The position numbers and the translations under genes are program-made. From Klebsormidium nitens (lineage: Eukaryota; Plantae; Klebsormidiophyceae), in NCBI GenBank assembly GCA_000708835.1, contig DF237224.1:1-64000 (forward strand): a DNA stretch of 64,000 nt. Direction: 5' to 3'. Positions 41,770 to 55,434 of this stretch are shown piece by piece (position 1 is the first letter of the stretch; each line of letters starts with the position of its first letter). The notes under the pieces were generated by a model. It ran no database searches, had not been told where the DNA came from, and was given only the letters and a program-made list of their open reading frames with translations.

Positions 41770-43165
41770 TCACGCCAAGTTCCAACCGTTGATGCAGTAA
41801 TCTACCAACCCTCGATTCAGTGGTCGGTTGCAGTGCGCAAGCCTGAACAGTGAACTGAGGAAGGCTCAGGCCCAGGACCGTACTCAGCTAGGACTCAGTC
41901 AGGGTCAACCTAGTCAACCTGAGGCTCGTCAGAAGCGTCAACGACCCTAGATCCTCAATCAATTGAAAACCTGCATATGGTCCGACTCAAAGATCCAAGG
42001 AGACACAAAATGCATTGCTGCATTGCATCACATTGTGCTGATGTTGCTTCGTCCAGCAATGTCAAGGACTAAAAATTGGAGAAGGGACAGCACAACCAAA
42101 AAGGCGGCCATCGATTCCCGGCCCTCAGGCCCAGCAATCCAAATACCGCTTTGGTTCAGAACGGCCCCAGTCTTGAGCAAGGCGTGACAACATTGCCATA
42201 TTCTGTGAAAGCAGAGTTTCCGGTGTCTCGCCACTAGCGTACAAACACGGATATTGCGTACCTTCTCCGCTAGAATTGCTCTGTTGCTTGGAGTTAAACC
42301 CCGCCCGCCTCATTTGTTTGAAGAAACATCATTCCCTGATTAATGCAATCAGAGGCCACCTTCTTACACCGACAGATCTCTCCACACAGAATGCATCCAG
42401 TGCACGCTTGCAGAGAGTGATGGCTCCCAGGTTCGAAGTGCGCATGAGCAACCCGGCCGAGAAGGCGACTTGGGACCACAAAGGGCCAGGTAGGGTATTC
42501 ATTGCAGCGCTGACCACTTCCATTGACAGATGTGATTACCTGATCTAATCTAAGCACAACGAGGCATCCTGCCTCTAATGCTTCTATTGAGACCATTCAA
42601 ATCATTGTGGAGTGAAATTCTAGCCCCCTAAAAGATGGCTTTGCATCTCAATATCTGGCATACTTGTGCTGATTTGCGGTGGGAAAGAAGAAACATGTTG
42701 GGTTGTCACTTGACAATTGCCAGCTGTCATCTGTCAGGTGCCTTTGAAGCAAGTCATGCATTGCTTTGTTGAGGCTGATCGCTGTGGACTCTTGTTTTAT
42801 AATAGTGGTCCAAACAAATGAACACACTCAACACAGTAGCATGGAGCGAACCAGACTCAGACTGACAACCTATGCTTTCCACTGTCCTGCAGGTTCCTAC
42901 CTTGGCTTTGACCCCTGCAAGATGAAGCGCAGTAATTGCCAGTCCGCCCAGCGCTCGTAGCGTTGGCGTCCCGCTGTGTTCCCTGCACACAGCGCTTCCC
43001 CCAGGGGAACTCTCCCCCCCATTCGCTGCAACTCTGGTTCGCTCTGCCAAAACCAGCAAACGCGCTCTACTTAGGGAGTAGGGATCGGCTTTGTGACCCG
43101 TTCAAAAGCTCGCTTCCGCAGCATTCCTCAGAAAGCAAGCACGCTGCTCTAGTAGACTTGCAAGC

Positions 43166-46100
43166 ATGGCTCGCACTTCCAGAGGCACCGCTCTCCCATC
43201 CGAGGTCATCTCAAACATTCTGGGGCGGCTGGACGCTGCTGACGTGGCGCGCGGGAAAATGGTGTGCGCCAGGTGGCGCGCCGCAGGAAGCCGGGTGAAG
43301 ACCCTGCGGTTCACCGAGGAGACGTTCCCAGAAGGGATGGCGCCTGAGCAGGCTCTGACAATCATGACAAATATGATCATGCAGGTAAGGAGAGGAGAGC
43401 AATCCAGTTGGTTCATTCTAATCTCTTGGATTCCAATGCCTACAACTTTTGATTTACGCTTTTGTTCAGTCACTGGATAGTGGTGGGCTGCTTTCTTTGG
43501 CGACCTTTAATTGAGGTGTACATTCTTGGGTCTCCACTGAACATGGGATATGCTCCCAAGATGCACGTAGATTGCTCCCAAGACCAATGGACGAGAGAAG
43601 AGTGGACGAATATGGACAACGGCCCCTGCATCCAGGACAGCCAGCTTTTACAGGGGCACCCGCAACCTTTTTGCTGCAGTCGCTTTCAAATTTTGAGATT
43701 TTTGTGCACAAACACATTTCGATGGGCTATCTATGAGGGAATCAAAAAGTTAATGTGTGAGTATTGCCACAGGTCGTTTTTCTCGACATACGATCGGTTC
43801 CTTTGCTCGCTGGTTTCTTGGATGAAGACCTGCCAAGACCTGTTTAGTCCGGATTACACATTCTTCTTCTTTACTCTTCGGAAAACCCAGGAGTACTCGA
43901 GGCCCAACTTCTGCTTATTGAAAGCGTATTATAGGATCTTGTCGAATTGTTATTAAGTCGTCCGTCTTATTCTCCTTTACTTCGGCCTAAGATTGAGCTT
44001 CCCTGGCCGCTATTTCCGCCCTCGCTTAGTCATTCTGCTCCACATGTCCCCTAGTTTCGTGTCCGCAGTTGACATCCCTTTCTAACTTTGTTCTTTTTTA
44101 CTTAAGCCCTCTCCGTTCGCCTTCTCCTCGACTCTCTTCCGCTGCAACCCTGTTTCTCTTAAACCCAGGCCACCGAGCTGGAGTGCCTCGACATGACCTA
44201 CGTCAGCACCGCCGGCCTCCCTGACTCGCTCCTCACCGCGTGGCTCCTCGCCATTCGGCCCACTCTAGTTACCCTTCGCTCGACCAACATCTACTCCTTC
44301 GAGCAAACCCTGGCCGGCATGCGCCACCCAACCATCGCGCGCCACGTCAGCGCCCACGTCCAGCGAACCGCGCTCCGCCACCTGGTGCTCTGCGGTGCCG
44401 AACTCCCAGCTGACGTGGCCCCCCTGCCGCTGCTGGAGACGCTCGAGCTGTCTGACGTCAGTGCCACGTCAGCGGCGCTCCGTGGTTTCGTTGCGGGGTG
44501 CGGGCGGCTGGCCAGGCTGACCCTCGCTGACTTGGACGGGTTGAACTGCATCGAGCTAAGGTCGAACTCCCTCCGCGAGCTTTCGATCGGTGCGGAGATG
44601 AACTCGGTTAGCTTCACGGTTAAGCTCGACTGCCCTAACCTGCGCGCCCTGGCTCTCAAGAGCATCAGCCTGCGCAGCGCGCACGTGGCACGCGCTTCCG
44701 CCCTGGAGACCCTCACTTTATGTGACGTCAGCGGAGGGCCGATCACTCTCGGGGGGGTGGGCGACCGCCTCCGGGCGGTAGTCCTGAGGGGGGTGACGTG
44801 GCAGCACGTGGGGGCGGCGATGGGCGCGGCGCAGGGCAAGGACCTGCGCGTGCTCGAGGTTGACGACGTGGCAGGGGCGGACGTCTGGATGGAAGATGAC
44901 GTGAGCATCGAGCATCTGTGCAGGCTCTCGGTGTTCGGTTTTTTACTTTCACGTCTTAGACGAGTTCCGCTGTTACGACTTGAGCTCCAGATGCAGAGCA
45001 GCCTTAAAGCTTTCGGGGCAGCAGTAAACACAAGGTAGTTTGGAGCAGAAAACGATGTTTTGCGTCAGCAAAGCCAAACTTGGAGGCAACCAGACATCGT
45101 GGCGGACATTAGGCTTTTGATGTGTTTCGCCGTTTGCTTGATCGATCCGACAAAGGCATTGCCCACACGTTAGAAGCTAAGCACAGCAGCTGTTGGTTCA
45201 GTCGAAGTCGAGTTCCGTTCCATTAAAGTCCCTTCCTCGCACCATCTTTGTCAAGCTTGTCTGACCTTTTTCTCACCGAACACTTGTCAGGATACCGACA
45301 GCGACAGCCACGTGGTCTCTCCGCGCTCCCCGGCGCCCCATCGGCCCGTCGAACTGGACCTCCTCTCCGACACCGAGGAGGCCTTCGACGTCGAAACCCG
45401 CCGCCGGATCGCCCTCCCCGCGTCGGCCGCGGGCGCCCTCCCGGCCGCGATCGCCAGCTTCCAGAACCTCCAAACCCTGCGGCTCGGGGCCACGATCTGG
45501 AACCTCTGCCGCCAGGCAGGGTTCCGGACGTCCGAGACGCGACAGCCCACCAACGAATCAGCGGCTAAGGGGGCTGTAACGTTCCCGAGGCTGAGAGAGT
45601 TTGGCGTTACGGGGGCACCGGTCGGGGCGGACATCATTCGCGCCATCGAAGCGATGGTGAAAATGTGCCCCGCGCTGCGGAAGCTGGCGCTGTGCGGCGA
45701 GCTCGGCAGGGAGAAAGTGCGTATTCACACCCGTGATCCTCCTCACAATCTTTTTGGTCCAAATCCTCTGATGCCGTCCTTGTCTAATGCTATTTGAGTT
45801 ATCTTCACGTTAGAAACCTGAGAGAAGGCTGTTTGGATGTCCATTCAAGATACTTGTAGAATCATTCGACGGAACGTTCTCTGCTGGACGCTCGTCTACT
45901 TTGACAGCGAAAATGCTGACCCAGCGAGCTGAGCGTCAAAAACCTCCCGTCTGAGGACCAGCTGAAAACATATTTTCCCTTTCGGAATTATCTTATTGAT
46001 GTGAAATCGAAGAAGTCACGGGGCTGGAATCAGATCTATGTCCAGTTGTGACTCAATCTTGGCCGAAGCATTCGAAGGTTCCACAATCTCGCACAGGTTT

Positions 46101-46924
46101 ATGAGGATTCTCTTTCTCATCTCCTCTCGTGATTTTCCGTTTTATGACAGGCCGTCTCCGTCGCGCTGCCCCTCTCGCGGCTGCCCTCCTCCGGCTCCCG
46201 CACCTCTATAGATTCCGCCGCGCCAGCCTGCGACGACTCCACGTCCGGGGAAGTTCTAGACGGCTCCGAAAGCTCGTCGCCCACTTTCCACCAGGGCGCG
46301 CTCGCGCGCTTCCCCGCCGCTGCCGACCGCTTCCTTGACGTCACCCCGTCGGGCGCGTGCGCGAGCGGTGACGTGTGCGCGAGCGAGCGTGACGTCACCG
46401 CCTTCAGCACCAAGTTTGCGTTACAGGTGCGATGCGCAACCGCTTGTTTGTGTGGCTGGTGAAAGGGCGGGCTGAACAACTACTTGCCGCTTTAGTGATA
46501 GTGTCTGCTTTTGTAATTTGATTGGCGGGTAAACGGCTCCCATTTTCAAGAAGGGAGCGGTCCAAATAATGGTGAGTTTCGTCATCATCATCAGCACCAT
46601 ATTACAGTGTGTCTTCTTGCTGAAGTTGCCTTCCTGCTGGAGGGGCAATGGTCATGACAAGTCGTTCTACTTTGGTCACAGATCGGACATGCTAGCTCGA
46701 TGTTTTGAGAGTCGCAAGCTGCTCGCACCCCGTTTCGTCTCTGAAGCACAAGTAGGAAATTCCCGTGATGCCTTTTTCTCTGGCGTAAGTGCTGCGAACG
46801 CTCTTGCTGAACTTTGACATATGTTTCGGCTTGTTTGCAGGCCATGGCCCTCCAGAGAAAGTACCCCAAACTAGTTGTCGACGTCCTGTTCCGGAACTCT
46901 GACCTGCAGACGGCCGACCAGTAG
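43166..46924 (+). CDS. F-box/LRR-repeat protein of about 578 aa, 5 exons
   Basis: 43166-43384 F-box (LPSEVISNILGRLDAADVARGKMVCARWR); 44169-44900 LRR-like (LETLELSDV, LARLTLADL, LRELSI, LRALALKS); 45291-45716; 46151-46426; 46841-46924 (AMALQRKYPKLVVDVLF...DQ*). All junctions are phase 0. Confidence 0.88.
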
Positions 46925-47425
46925 GACTGATATGCACGCCCCACATTGGTAGATTGCGGAAGAGTTGACTGATTACATTGCTGTGGTAGGATAGATATCG
47001 TACACCGCTGTGAAGCTGAGGGACAGTAGAACGATAGCACATTGCTTTGAACATTCAATCCAGCGGAATTTTCGAGACTGTACAAAGAGGATTAACCTAT
47101 ACTAATATAAGCTTGCCATAGGAACCATCGTCTGTATGCAGTGACTGCCGTGCAAAAGTTTAACATGCAGGAATTTAGGTATGAGTCCGGGGCCACCGTC
47201 GTCATCGAATCTTGGTAACTTTCTGGATCCTGCATGATTGCTCCCATCAACGCCGCTCATGGACACCTAGGCAATTGCAGAACCTGGCTCGGTCCAGTTT
47301 TGTTGCCACCGTGATGTCTGATGAATGATGAATTAGGTGACGCTGATCGACGCGCGCGGCCGCGGTCACACATGCTATAGCTTGAGGACGGTCAGTTTAT
47401 ATATCATTGCAATCGATAGTAACGG

Positions 47426-47485
47426 ACTCGCGATCATGATGCCCACGTATATACTCGCAATCATGATGCCCACGTATATACTCGC
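47426..47485. repeat. 27-bp tandem duplication
   Basis: ACTCGC(G/A)ATCATGATGCCCACGTATAT occurs twice, followed by ACTCGC. Confidence 0.85.
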
Positions 47486-48052
47486 GCGGCCTAATGATAC
47501 GTAGAGCTGGGGTCGGCATGTTTTCCTTATATATATAAAGCTAGCACGCGCGCGCGGCTATAGATTGCAGCTGGCCGGTGAGATCATGACAGTAAAATGC
47601 ATGTGCGCCAGATGCAGCTGATCAACAGTGAGATGATCGAGCTGGCGTGTGCGCCAGCCATGATCAGTGAAAATGCATTCTATGCATGCAGAAGATTTCG
47701 GTCGTTGCATAGGTACGTACCCAGATGTGCAGCTCAAGCATTTTGCGTGCAGTGCGCAGCACGGTGCGCGGCGATTGCATAAAGGTGGGCCAGATCTGTA
47801 TACTGAAGGCCGACTTCAATACTCGTCATGATTGATTTGGCAGATTATGTCCACAGACGGTGATTGAGTGACGCACTTCGACCAACGTTTCAAAATAATC
47901 CGCTCGGTAGTCCAATCAGATGCACCTTCTAGTTTAACGCCCGTACAGCAAGTGAACGTAGAATATCGTTTCGGAGGGGAAAACGGCTCGTAAAACAATC
48001 AATAGTAACGTCTCTTGAGATCATGGTCCACAGGATATCCGTCAATCGACGG

Positions 48053-51000
48053 TCATAGCTTGGCCTCCAGAAACACGGCGGCGTGACCTTCCTCTAAGCT
48101 CCGCAACGTGTCCGCGAGATGGGCGATGACTCCCGCCCCCTCCCAATGCAGCACCTTGTGCTTCACCTGGCAGACATGAAACGGGGGTCATAAGTGTGTC
48201 AGAAAGTCTTTACTTGGACTGCCCACAGATTGGGTCATGCAGACTCGAGAGGCGTCTCTCCCGACAAGACCCAGGTCAAAGATGCTGAGTCATGCAGTCG
48301 CCAGGCATTGTTGTCTATTCCTGCAGGACAGAAAGCGCCTTTCGGGTTTCCTTGCCAAGAAAAGCTACACAGAAAACCTGAAAAATTTCAACGGATGGTT
48401 CACAATCCTAGCAGCATCGGACGTTTCGAGCAGCATTCTGATGGACGTCCAAGGCCTCAGCGTTCCTTCCGACGTGTCCGCCTTGGATAGGATTTCACAG
48501 CCGCTCACCTGTATGCTGTGATGTGCCATGAACGGAAAGAGAGCCCCCGTGAAGCTGCACGAGATGCGAGTCCATAACGTCATATCGGGCGCAATGAAAA
48601 GCACAGGATGGAGAAGCAACACTTAATTTACCAACTTAAGATAGACTTGGAAGGGGTGGATGTGTAGGTGCTGCTACCAAAACAACTTTGGAGCAGATGA
48701 TTGTCCGCGCGCAACGGAGGTGAATCGCGCGCCAGGACAAGGAAGACTTCATGTAACAAGTTTCTCGACCAAAGGGGTCTGCAAATACCCAGCAATAACT
48801 ACACTTCTGACGGCATTGATACATGCGACTTGAACCAGATGCTGACGTGTACCTGACGTCCACTCGCCGCCACGCCACTTGTTGCAGCCCAGCCACCATC
48901 TCCTCTGCACGGAAACCAATTAAAACGAAGTCAGGGGGCGACCGAGATTTCTTTTTTGTAAAAATAAGGGTGCGACTCGAGCCAAGGACGCGTTAAAGAT
49001 GGGCACAAACAACTGTGCTAGATTCATTGTTTTGCCGTAGAAGGCGACAGAAGGGCCCATGAGACCACACAACCATGATCGTGTATCAGACGTTTGGTAC
49101 CAGCAAAGACCATCAGTACTCAGTACTCAGTTCGAAAGCGTCAGACAACGCGAGCAAACACATTTTCAAAAGTGGTTCTCCAAGATTTCCGTCATCGGAG
49201 CACATACAAGTCTTGAGCCCCTCAATCGCTTCCAAACCTGAGTCGTACGATCCAGCTTTCCGGACAAACCTCGCCCTTCTCAAGACGATGCCAAGCAGTG
49301 ACAGAGCATTTTCGGCGACCCCCTTACCTTCCAGCAAGTCGTGCGTGTCGCCGATCCCCCGCCACTGCCGAAAGTTGATCTCGCCGGCGCCCATTGGCCC
49401 CGCACTGGAGGGGGCGTCGAGCACGCTCGCGCTCGCGAGCGGCACCTCCGGGCAGTTCTCGATTGACACCACGTGGCGGTACCGCTTGTCCACTGGTCTA
49501 GACGGCAACTGCGTGTCAAGGGTTTTTTCCATTGCGCGTTCGCTAGTTCCTGCGTTCTTTCTAGGTGGTCAACTTTGCTTGCAATTGGCTTTTAGCGCTT
49601 GTCGAGCGGCTTGCAGACAGTCTTTAAGAAACAAAGAACAAGGTATTTAACTTAGGACTGGTGGAGAAACATGGTATTTGCAGAGCGGTGACCTAAGCTC
49701 TCAACGTTGGTTAAGAGTTGAACTCTCAAAGGCTTTTCCAAAAGTGTCACGCCCAATGCCCACCTTGCGACAAACTCAGTCGTCGGTCAATCGGGGTAAC
49801 CCCTGCCGGCAAACACACCCCCTGAGGCGGACCTCCTACTGATTGTGGAAACGCTATGTCAGCACAACCTTTGGCGAATTTCAGATTCCGCGCATAGTTG
49901 TTTTCTTACTTCAGCACGAGTTGTTCTCGCAAGTCGTCTCGCGCACTACGTGCAAGATGGAGAGGGTCCGGTGCAACGAGCTTACCTTTGGCAACTCTCT
50001 CTCTCTTCGTATGCACGACGTTCGCCAGCCCACCATGTGGTCATACCCCGCGTTGGCGTACAGCACCCGCAACTGGAAGCAGCGCAGAGACGAGCTGCGC
50101 ATGGAAAGGACGGAAGGGTTCAGACCGTTCGAAGAGCGATAACAGTCCAAAAGCAGTTATGACGCCATTAGCTGAGATACATTTTGATAGGTCTCTATTT
50201 GTGTGGAGGTTAATCTATCTTACTTTAGGGTCAATTTCCGGGCCCATAAAAACTGAGAGTCCTAAACCCAGAATTAAGGGTGCGCGTCGACCGAAAAGCA
50301 GCAAAAAGCTTTCCAGATTTTTTAGCCGATCGGATGGCATTTCATAACCACGTGCTTGGCGAAGGTACATACCAGGGGAGTAATATGGCTCAGAAAGTAC
50401 CGTACCTCCTCCCTGTCGGTTCTACAAAGGCAACACTGGAGGCCAAGTAGGTTTTCGGTCGATGTGCAACCTAACATGCTCCGTACCCGTACCCACGATA
50501 GACCCGCAAATGAACCCCACCGGTCCCCCGGGCATGGTCTAACTCAACATAGCCGTTTTCCACATGATTTCGAGACTACTACAACTCGTCCTTTGGTTAA
50601 GAAAACACTCAGCAGAATTTTGCTAAGCAGTAAGTGCTTGAGCGGAGGTGCCGCCCCAAACAAAAGCAGATACGGTGGGCTTGTGAGGAACTGGGGAACA
50701 TTGGAAACGTGCTTACAAGTGTATTTTCAACCAGAGGATTTTGAAACGCGTACTTGAAACCTGGCGAAGCAGAACGCCGGGACACGAAACAATCTTTAAG
50801 AACACCAGGGTTGCCAATCATTGCTTCGAAAAGGGAACATACCGGCAAGCAACAACAGATCTGCAACTTGAGAGAGGTTTTCTATCGATTCCAAGACAAG
50901 AGAAAACTGCTTTGACTAGTCGAAAACTTCTAGCCTGATTCTGCCAACTACACAGCAACCGGGCCAGCATGCACTTCGCCTTTTCTGACGAAGATAGAGG

Positions 51001-54000
51001 CGAACGGTGTCTTGGAACTGTATACGTGCGATCGATACAACTTCGCCCAATCAGATTCAGCATATCAGCGCCACTTACACGAACGGCCCTTCTCGGCAGT
51101 CGCGGCTCATCTTGAGCAGCAGCGGCGGGCGCCGGCTGTTGCCGTCCGTCAGGAAAAGTTGCCGGCCCGTCCGGCCAACGACCAGGGGCGCGATCGGGGC
51201 CGCTAACGTCTCGAGCGGCTTCAACCCAAGTAGGAACGGGAGCTGCAAACATAAGTGTCGATTCTATGAATAATAAGGAGGCGTATGAATCACTAGGTCA
51301 TTCTACCCTAACCCAACCGATCGCCCGCACTGCACCCGAACCCACTAGATTAACCCCATCCGTCCCCCGGGCGTAACTTTATTATTCATAGGGCGTATTT
51401 TTCATGGTATCGAGTTTTATGCTGCAATCGATCAAAGTTAGTCAATCTGTGTTCGTACCTATCCGAGTCGTGCGAAGTAGTGGTGAAGAATCGAGTCGGA
51501 TCTATCATCCTTCCGTTAAAGAAGCGTTACTGAAGCGACTTAGATGTCAATCTTTATGTCCGGGAAGTTAAGGTACGCTCGCAAAGAGCTCTACCGAAAC
51601 GCAAAGGAACTGCTGCAAGTCAATTCTGATATCCGGCTCTTGAAAGGTCCTGCTGACATCATGGTGTTGGCGACGCCACTTGACACCTGGCCTGCTCTCT
51701 CGCGTTCGATCTTCAACAGGTGTGCCAAGTCTTCACAAAAAGCGAAGGCGCAGAAAGCTGTTGCGACTCTCGGCCTCTCACCTGCTTGTTTCCTCGCACG
51801 CCCAGGTGCGGAGACGCGAGCGTGACGAACGCCACCGGTTCGAGGCCAGCAATGGTCGGCAACTCGACGGGCCTGCAGAAAATTGTTGGCAGCAATGTAA
51901 GCTGCGCAATATAGAGTGAGCCAAAAGGGGAGCCATCACAACGTGATTCTCATTCACACTTGGGCCCACAGACAGTCAGATGCAGTCCGTTCTGGTGAAT
52001 GTTGTTGTTTGCTTAGGAAACCGTTGGACCAATTGCGAACTCTGGCGAAAGACAGTTGCCTCTTGAGACACCAAACGGCCTAAGCTTGCAACTACTACTT
52101 TATCGAACCTGCTTTGACCCAGGAAACTCCCACCTCTGGGGCTTTGTAGGAAGCGCAGTACTCCGACGCACTGGGAACCTTCAAGTACGAGCAATTGTTG
52201 ACTGACAATTTCTTTTTTAGGAGCCCTGTCGTCTCCATCACATGCATAACCCTTTCGAGCTGAAGTGCCGTGAAACGTTCGTGTAAGGACAACCTTGCAT
52301 TTACGAAAGCATTGACCTCTTCTAGAACAGACTGTCAGGAGGCTTCGACACTTGACAATCCTTTTGCCAATGTACTTCATGGACTGTGCGGCAAGACAAC
52401 TGAAGCTTCTTGCTTACGAAGCAGATCTCAAGCCCCGTTTCTCACATATCGAGTAGACTGTCCTGCCTTGACCTACATAAAGATCGTTTCGTCTCTGTTC
52501 ACTGGCCGCAGAGTTTACGAATGTAGGTGAGCTCGAGTTCCTGAACAAGCAGCTCGTTTTCGATCGAGGTTTCAACCAGAGGGAGCGTTTCCTTCACCTG
52601 CTCAGCTTTTCTCTGTTCGGTAGGCTCCCGTTTGATTCTGCAATTTCAGGTGGGCTCCCACTGGAAAATTGCACTTCTGGTTGGCTCCCATTGGTCTGTG
52701 CTATTTCTCGTGAACTCCCATTCGTCTGTGCAGTTTTCGGTGGGCTCCCGTTGCTCTGTGCGGCTTTGGAGGCAATCAGGACGGGATGGTGGGGGGGAAG
52801 CGAAGTGTAGAGGACCGAGACTGCGTAGCGCGCAATCAGGCCCCCCAGAGAGTGCGCAACGAATGAGATACGGACAAGGCTGGGATGTGAGCGCACAACT
52901 CCTCGGATCTGCAGCAGCCAAGGAAAGAGGGCGGTCAAAGACCGAGTGGACTAGCATAGAAGGATTTCAATTGGTAGGAGAAGGCCAAGCATTCAAGATA
53001 CCAGAAGCGGGAACCTTGTGGTGAATTGACTTGAGAATGATCTTGCAATTAAGTACTCAACCTTTAGGAGGCCATCAACCTCCATAACACAGGCTTCCGC
53101 AGAATGTCTAGTACCAGAGGTTGGTGAAAAACTGGCCATCAACAAAGACAGGTCGCTTCTACGTTTTTAATCCCTTGCTCACTTCCCCTTACATTGCCAC
53201 ACCACGGTTTACGGGTGAAGCTGATTGACAGCGTCGATGCGTGGTTCTTACCTCCTCTGCCAGCCTCCTTCCTGCAACATCGATCCCATGTAGGGTGTTG
53301 AACCAGCTGTTGGACATACTCGCTGCACAGACATTGCAAGACATCAACAGACAATACAAGTCAAGTTCATGAACTGACTGTTGATTGCTTCATGCCTTTG
53401 TTGAAAGAAACGTCCACCAGGAATGACACAGTCCATGCAAGATGGGTTTTAGATCATAGCGTGGCAGCATGGAGGCTTAATGATTATCTGATTGGTTCTT
53501 AAGCCGAATAACCTGACAAGTTGGGCAGGTTGTGATCTTCTGAAGGACCCTCAGAATTTAGTTCAGACCATTGAAGTCTTTAAAAGAGTAGACAGGCCGC
53601 AAACCACTGTTCCTTCTTTCAATTCACTAGAAACCATCTGTGTCAATAAGATACGGGAGGTTGAGGAGGACTGTGGCAAGCAGAACATACCATACACATA
53701 GACATTCTTCCCAAGGCGTTTGGAAAGCTCCTCTTTGGCATACTTCCAGTCTTGAGCGCTGCTCAGAATTCCGTTGATTAGGACCTGTGAAGAGAAAGCT
53801 CGTTTCAAAAGCAGACCCAGGCAAATGATTGTGGGTGTGTCTGAGAAAGCAACAGGCAAGTGCTAGTCTGACAGACCCAAAATCCTGGCCACCTCATGGC
53901 ACTTGTGCTGAAAAGAAATCAAATATAAGAGTTTGTGCGTCAATATCGCAATTGTCACATCATGGGACTTTGCTTTGGGTTCTCCTGGGCACTGTTGAAA

Positions 54001-54544
54001 TTGGTATTTCTAAGACTACTTCGACTGAGCAAGGAACAGCGGGCATCAACATCGTCAGAATGTTTATGCTAGAAACATCTCTGGGATGGACTTGAGCAAT
54101 TCAGAGCTACCTGGACAAGAAACTTACCACCAGGTGTGTAGGCAGGAGCGGCACCTCAGATGACTTAGACGGCCTCGATGGCCCTTGTTGACTCCCAACT
54201 TCAGGAGCGATTACTGCCGCCATCCTCCAGTCCCTCCCTGCCAAGTACTTGGAAGCTAAACTTTCTGAACTGGACTTCAAAGCTCCTAGATTAGAACCCC
54301 ATGCCCCTAAGCCGCTAGCTTTTGACAGCTCCCGCCGCGCCAAAGCTGGACGCAAACCAAGGTTGCCAGCACGGCAAACGGAAGACGAGCACGCAGAGTT
54401 GTCCTGTTTCAGATTCAAAAGCAAAGTGCGCAGTCCATGGCTAAGCTCTAGCCTGACGCCCTGTGAAGCGAGGCCTTGCCATTTGGGAGCCTTTTCAGCT
54501 CTGAATGTAGATGACAAAAGTGGCCTCCCTGCGCTTTGAACCAT
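48053..54544 (-). CDS. DUF676 alpha/beta-hydrolase (putative lipase or serine esterase), multi-exon
   Basis: Exons encode PTHLVV/LINGILSSAQDWKYAK, SNSWFNTLHGIDVAGRRLAEE, ISFVAHSLGGLIARYAV (nucleophile elbow), IAGLEPVAFVTLASPHLG, LPFLLG...GRTGRQLFLTDG, LRVLYANAGYDHMVGWRTS, MVAGLQQVAWRRVDV, AHHSIQV and VKHKVLHWEGAGVIAHLADTL...KL* (stop 48053-48055). The start codon is tentative. Confidence 0.9.
51264..51391. repeat. 128-bp intronic segment bounded by perfect 13-bp inverted repeats
   Basis: CTATGAATAATAA (51264-51276) and TTATTATTCATAG (51379-51391). No target-site duplication is visible. Confidence 0.55.
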
Positions 54545-55434
54545 TCTGAAGCTTGCTGCACCAGTTCCTGCATGATTGAGCCGTGCTGAGCAGCTAGGGC
54601 GCCCACGCCCAGCCAAAATATGTAGCGTCCAGTAGCGGGCAGACCGTATGGGCTCCACCGCGGGCGCGTCCACCAAAATTTGCAGACGTCTTTAATACGG
54701 CCTCTTGGCAGCCATTTGCACCAATGTTCGGCTCAACGCACCCGGTGGAGCCGTCAGTGTCAAAGACGAAGCGGCCGTATGTCTGACTTTCCCAGCTAAA
54801 ATGCAAATTTTGGGCATTCAATAGGACCGGTCAAATGACACCCACCGATGGCGGAAACTTGTAGAGAACGTATTGGGACCCAGTCAAGTCGATTTGCCCT
54901 TGTGGGCAGTTTGGATATGACGAATCCGCCCGCTTACAATTCTGCTCGCGCCAACTTTTTGGCTGGCGTCTGCGCCCTCTGGTGCTGAGTCTCTGACTTG
55001 GTGAACCCTTTGCTGTCATCCAACGTGCCCAGTTTTAGAATCCGTTGTGCTGATGGTGGATCACGCTGTTTTAGGCAGAGGATTAACTGGGCGCTTGGGT
55101 TGAGATCCTCTGCGGGTTTGCTCAAAACCCTAGTTGAGTCAGCTTGAAAGAAACGCATTCTACCTATATCGATCGCGGATTATCAGCTAGGTACCTCTGC
55201 ACTACCTTTCAAGTTTTAGGGTTTCAGCTTTTGCTGCTTCAACTTTACTGCTTCACCACATGTGGTGGACCTACGGGCCAGCTAGCGCTTTTTGGCGATG
55301 CACGAAGGGAAACAGCATTACAAATTCTAGTGCATGTCCTCTGCAAACCTTTTCGTAAATCATTCATCCACGCAAGGCAACATTTGGCTTTGTCTCTCGA
55401 ACGCTGTCCCGAGCGACCACCATACTTTTCCGCC

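Noticed and set aside
44291-45031. 246-aa ORF on the - strand
   Set aside because: It is the antisense shadow of the GC-rich F-box/LRR exon 2, with low-complexity Ser/Arg/Ala content and no domain.
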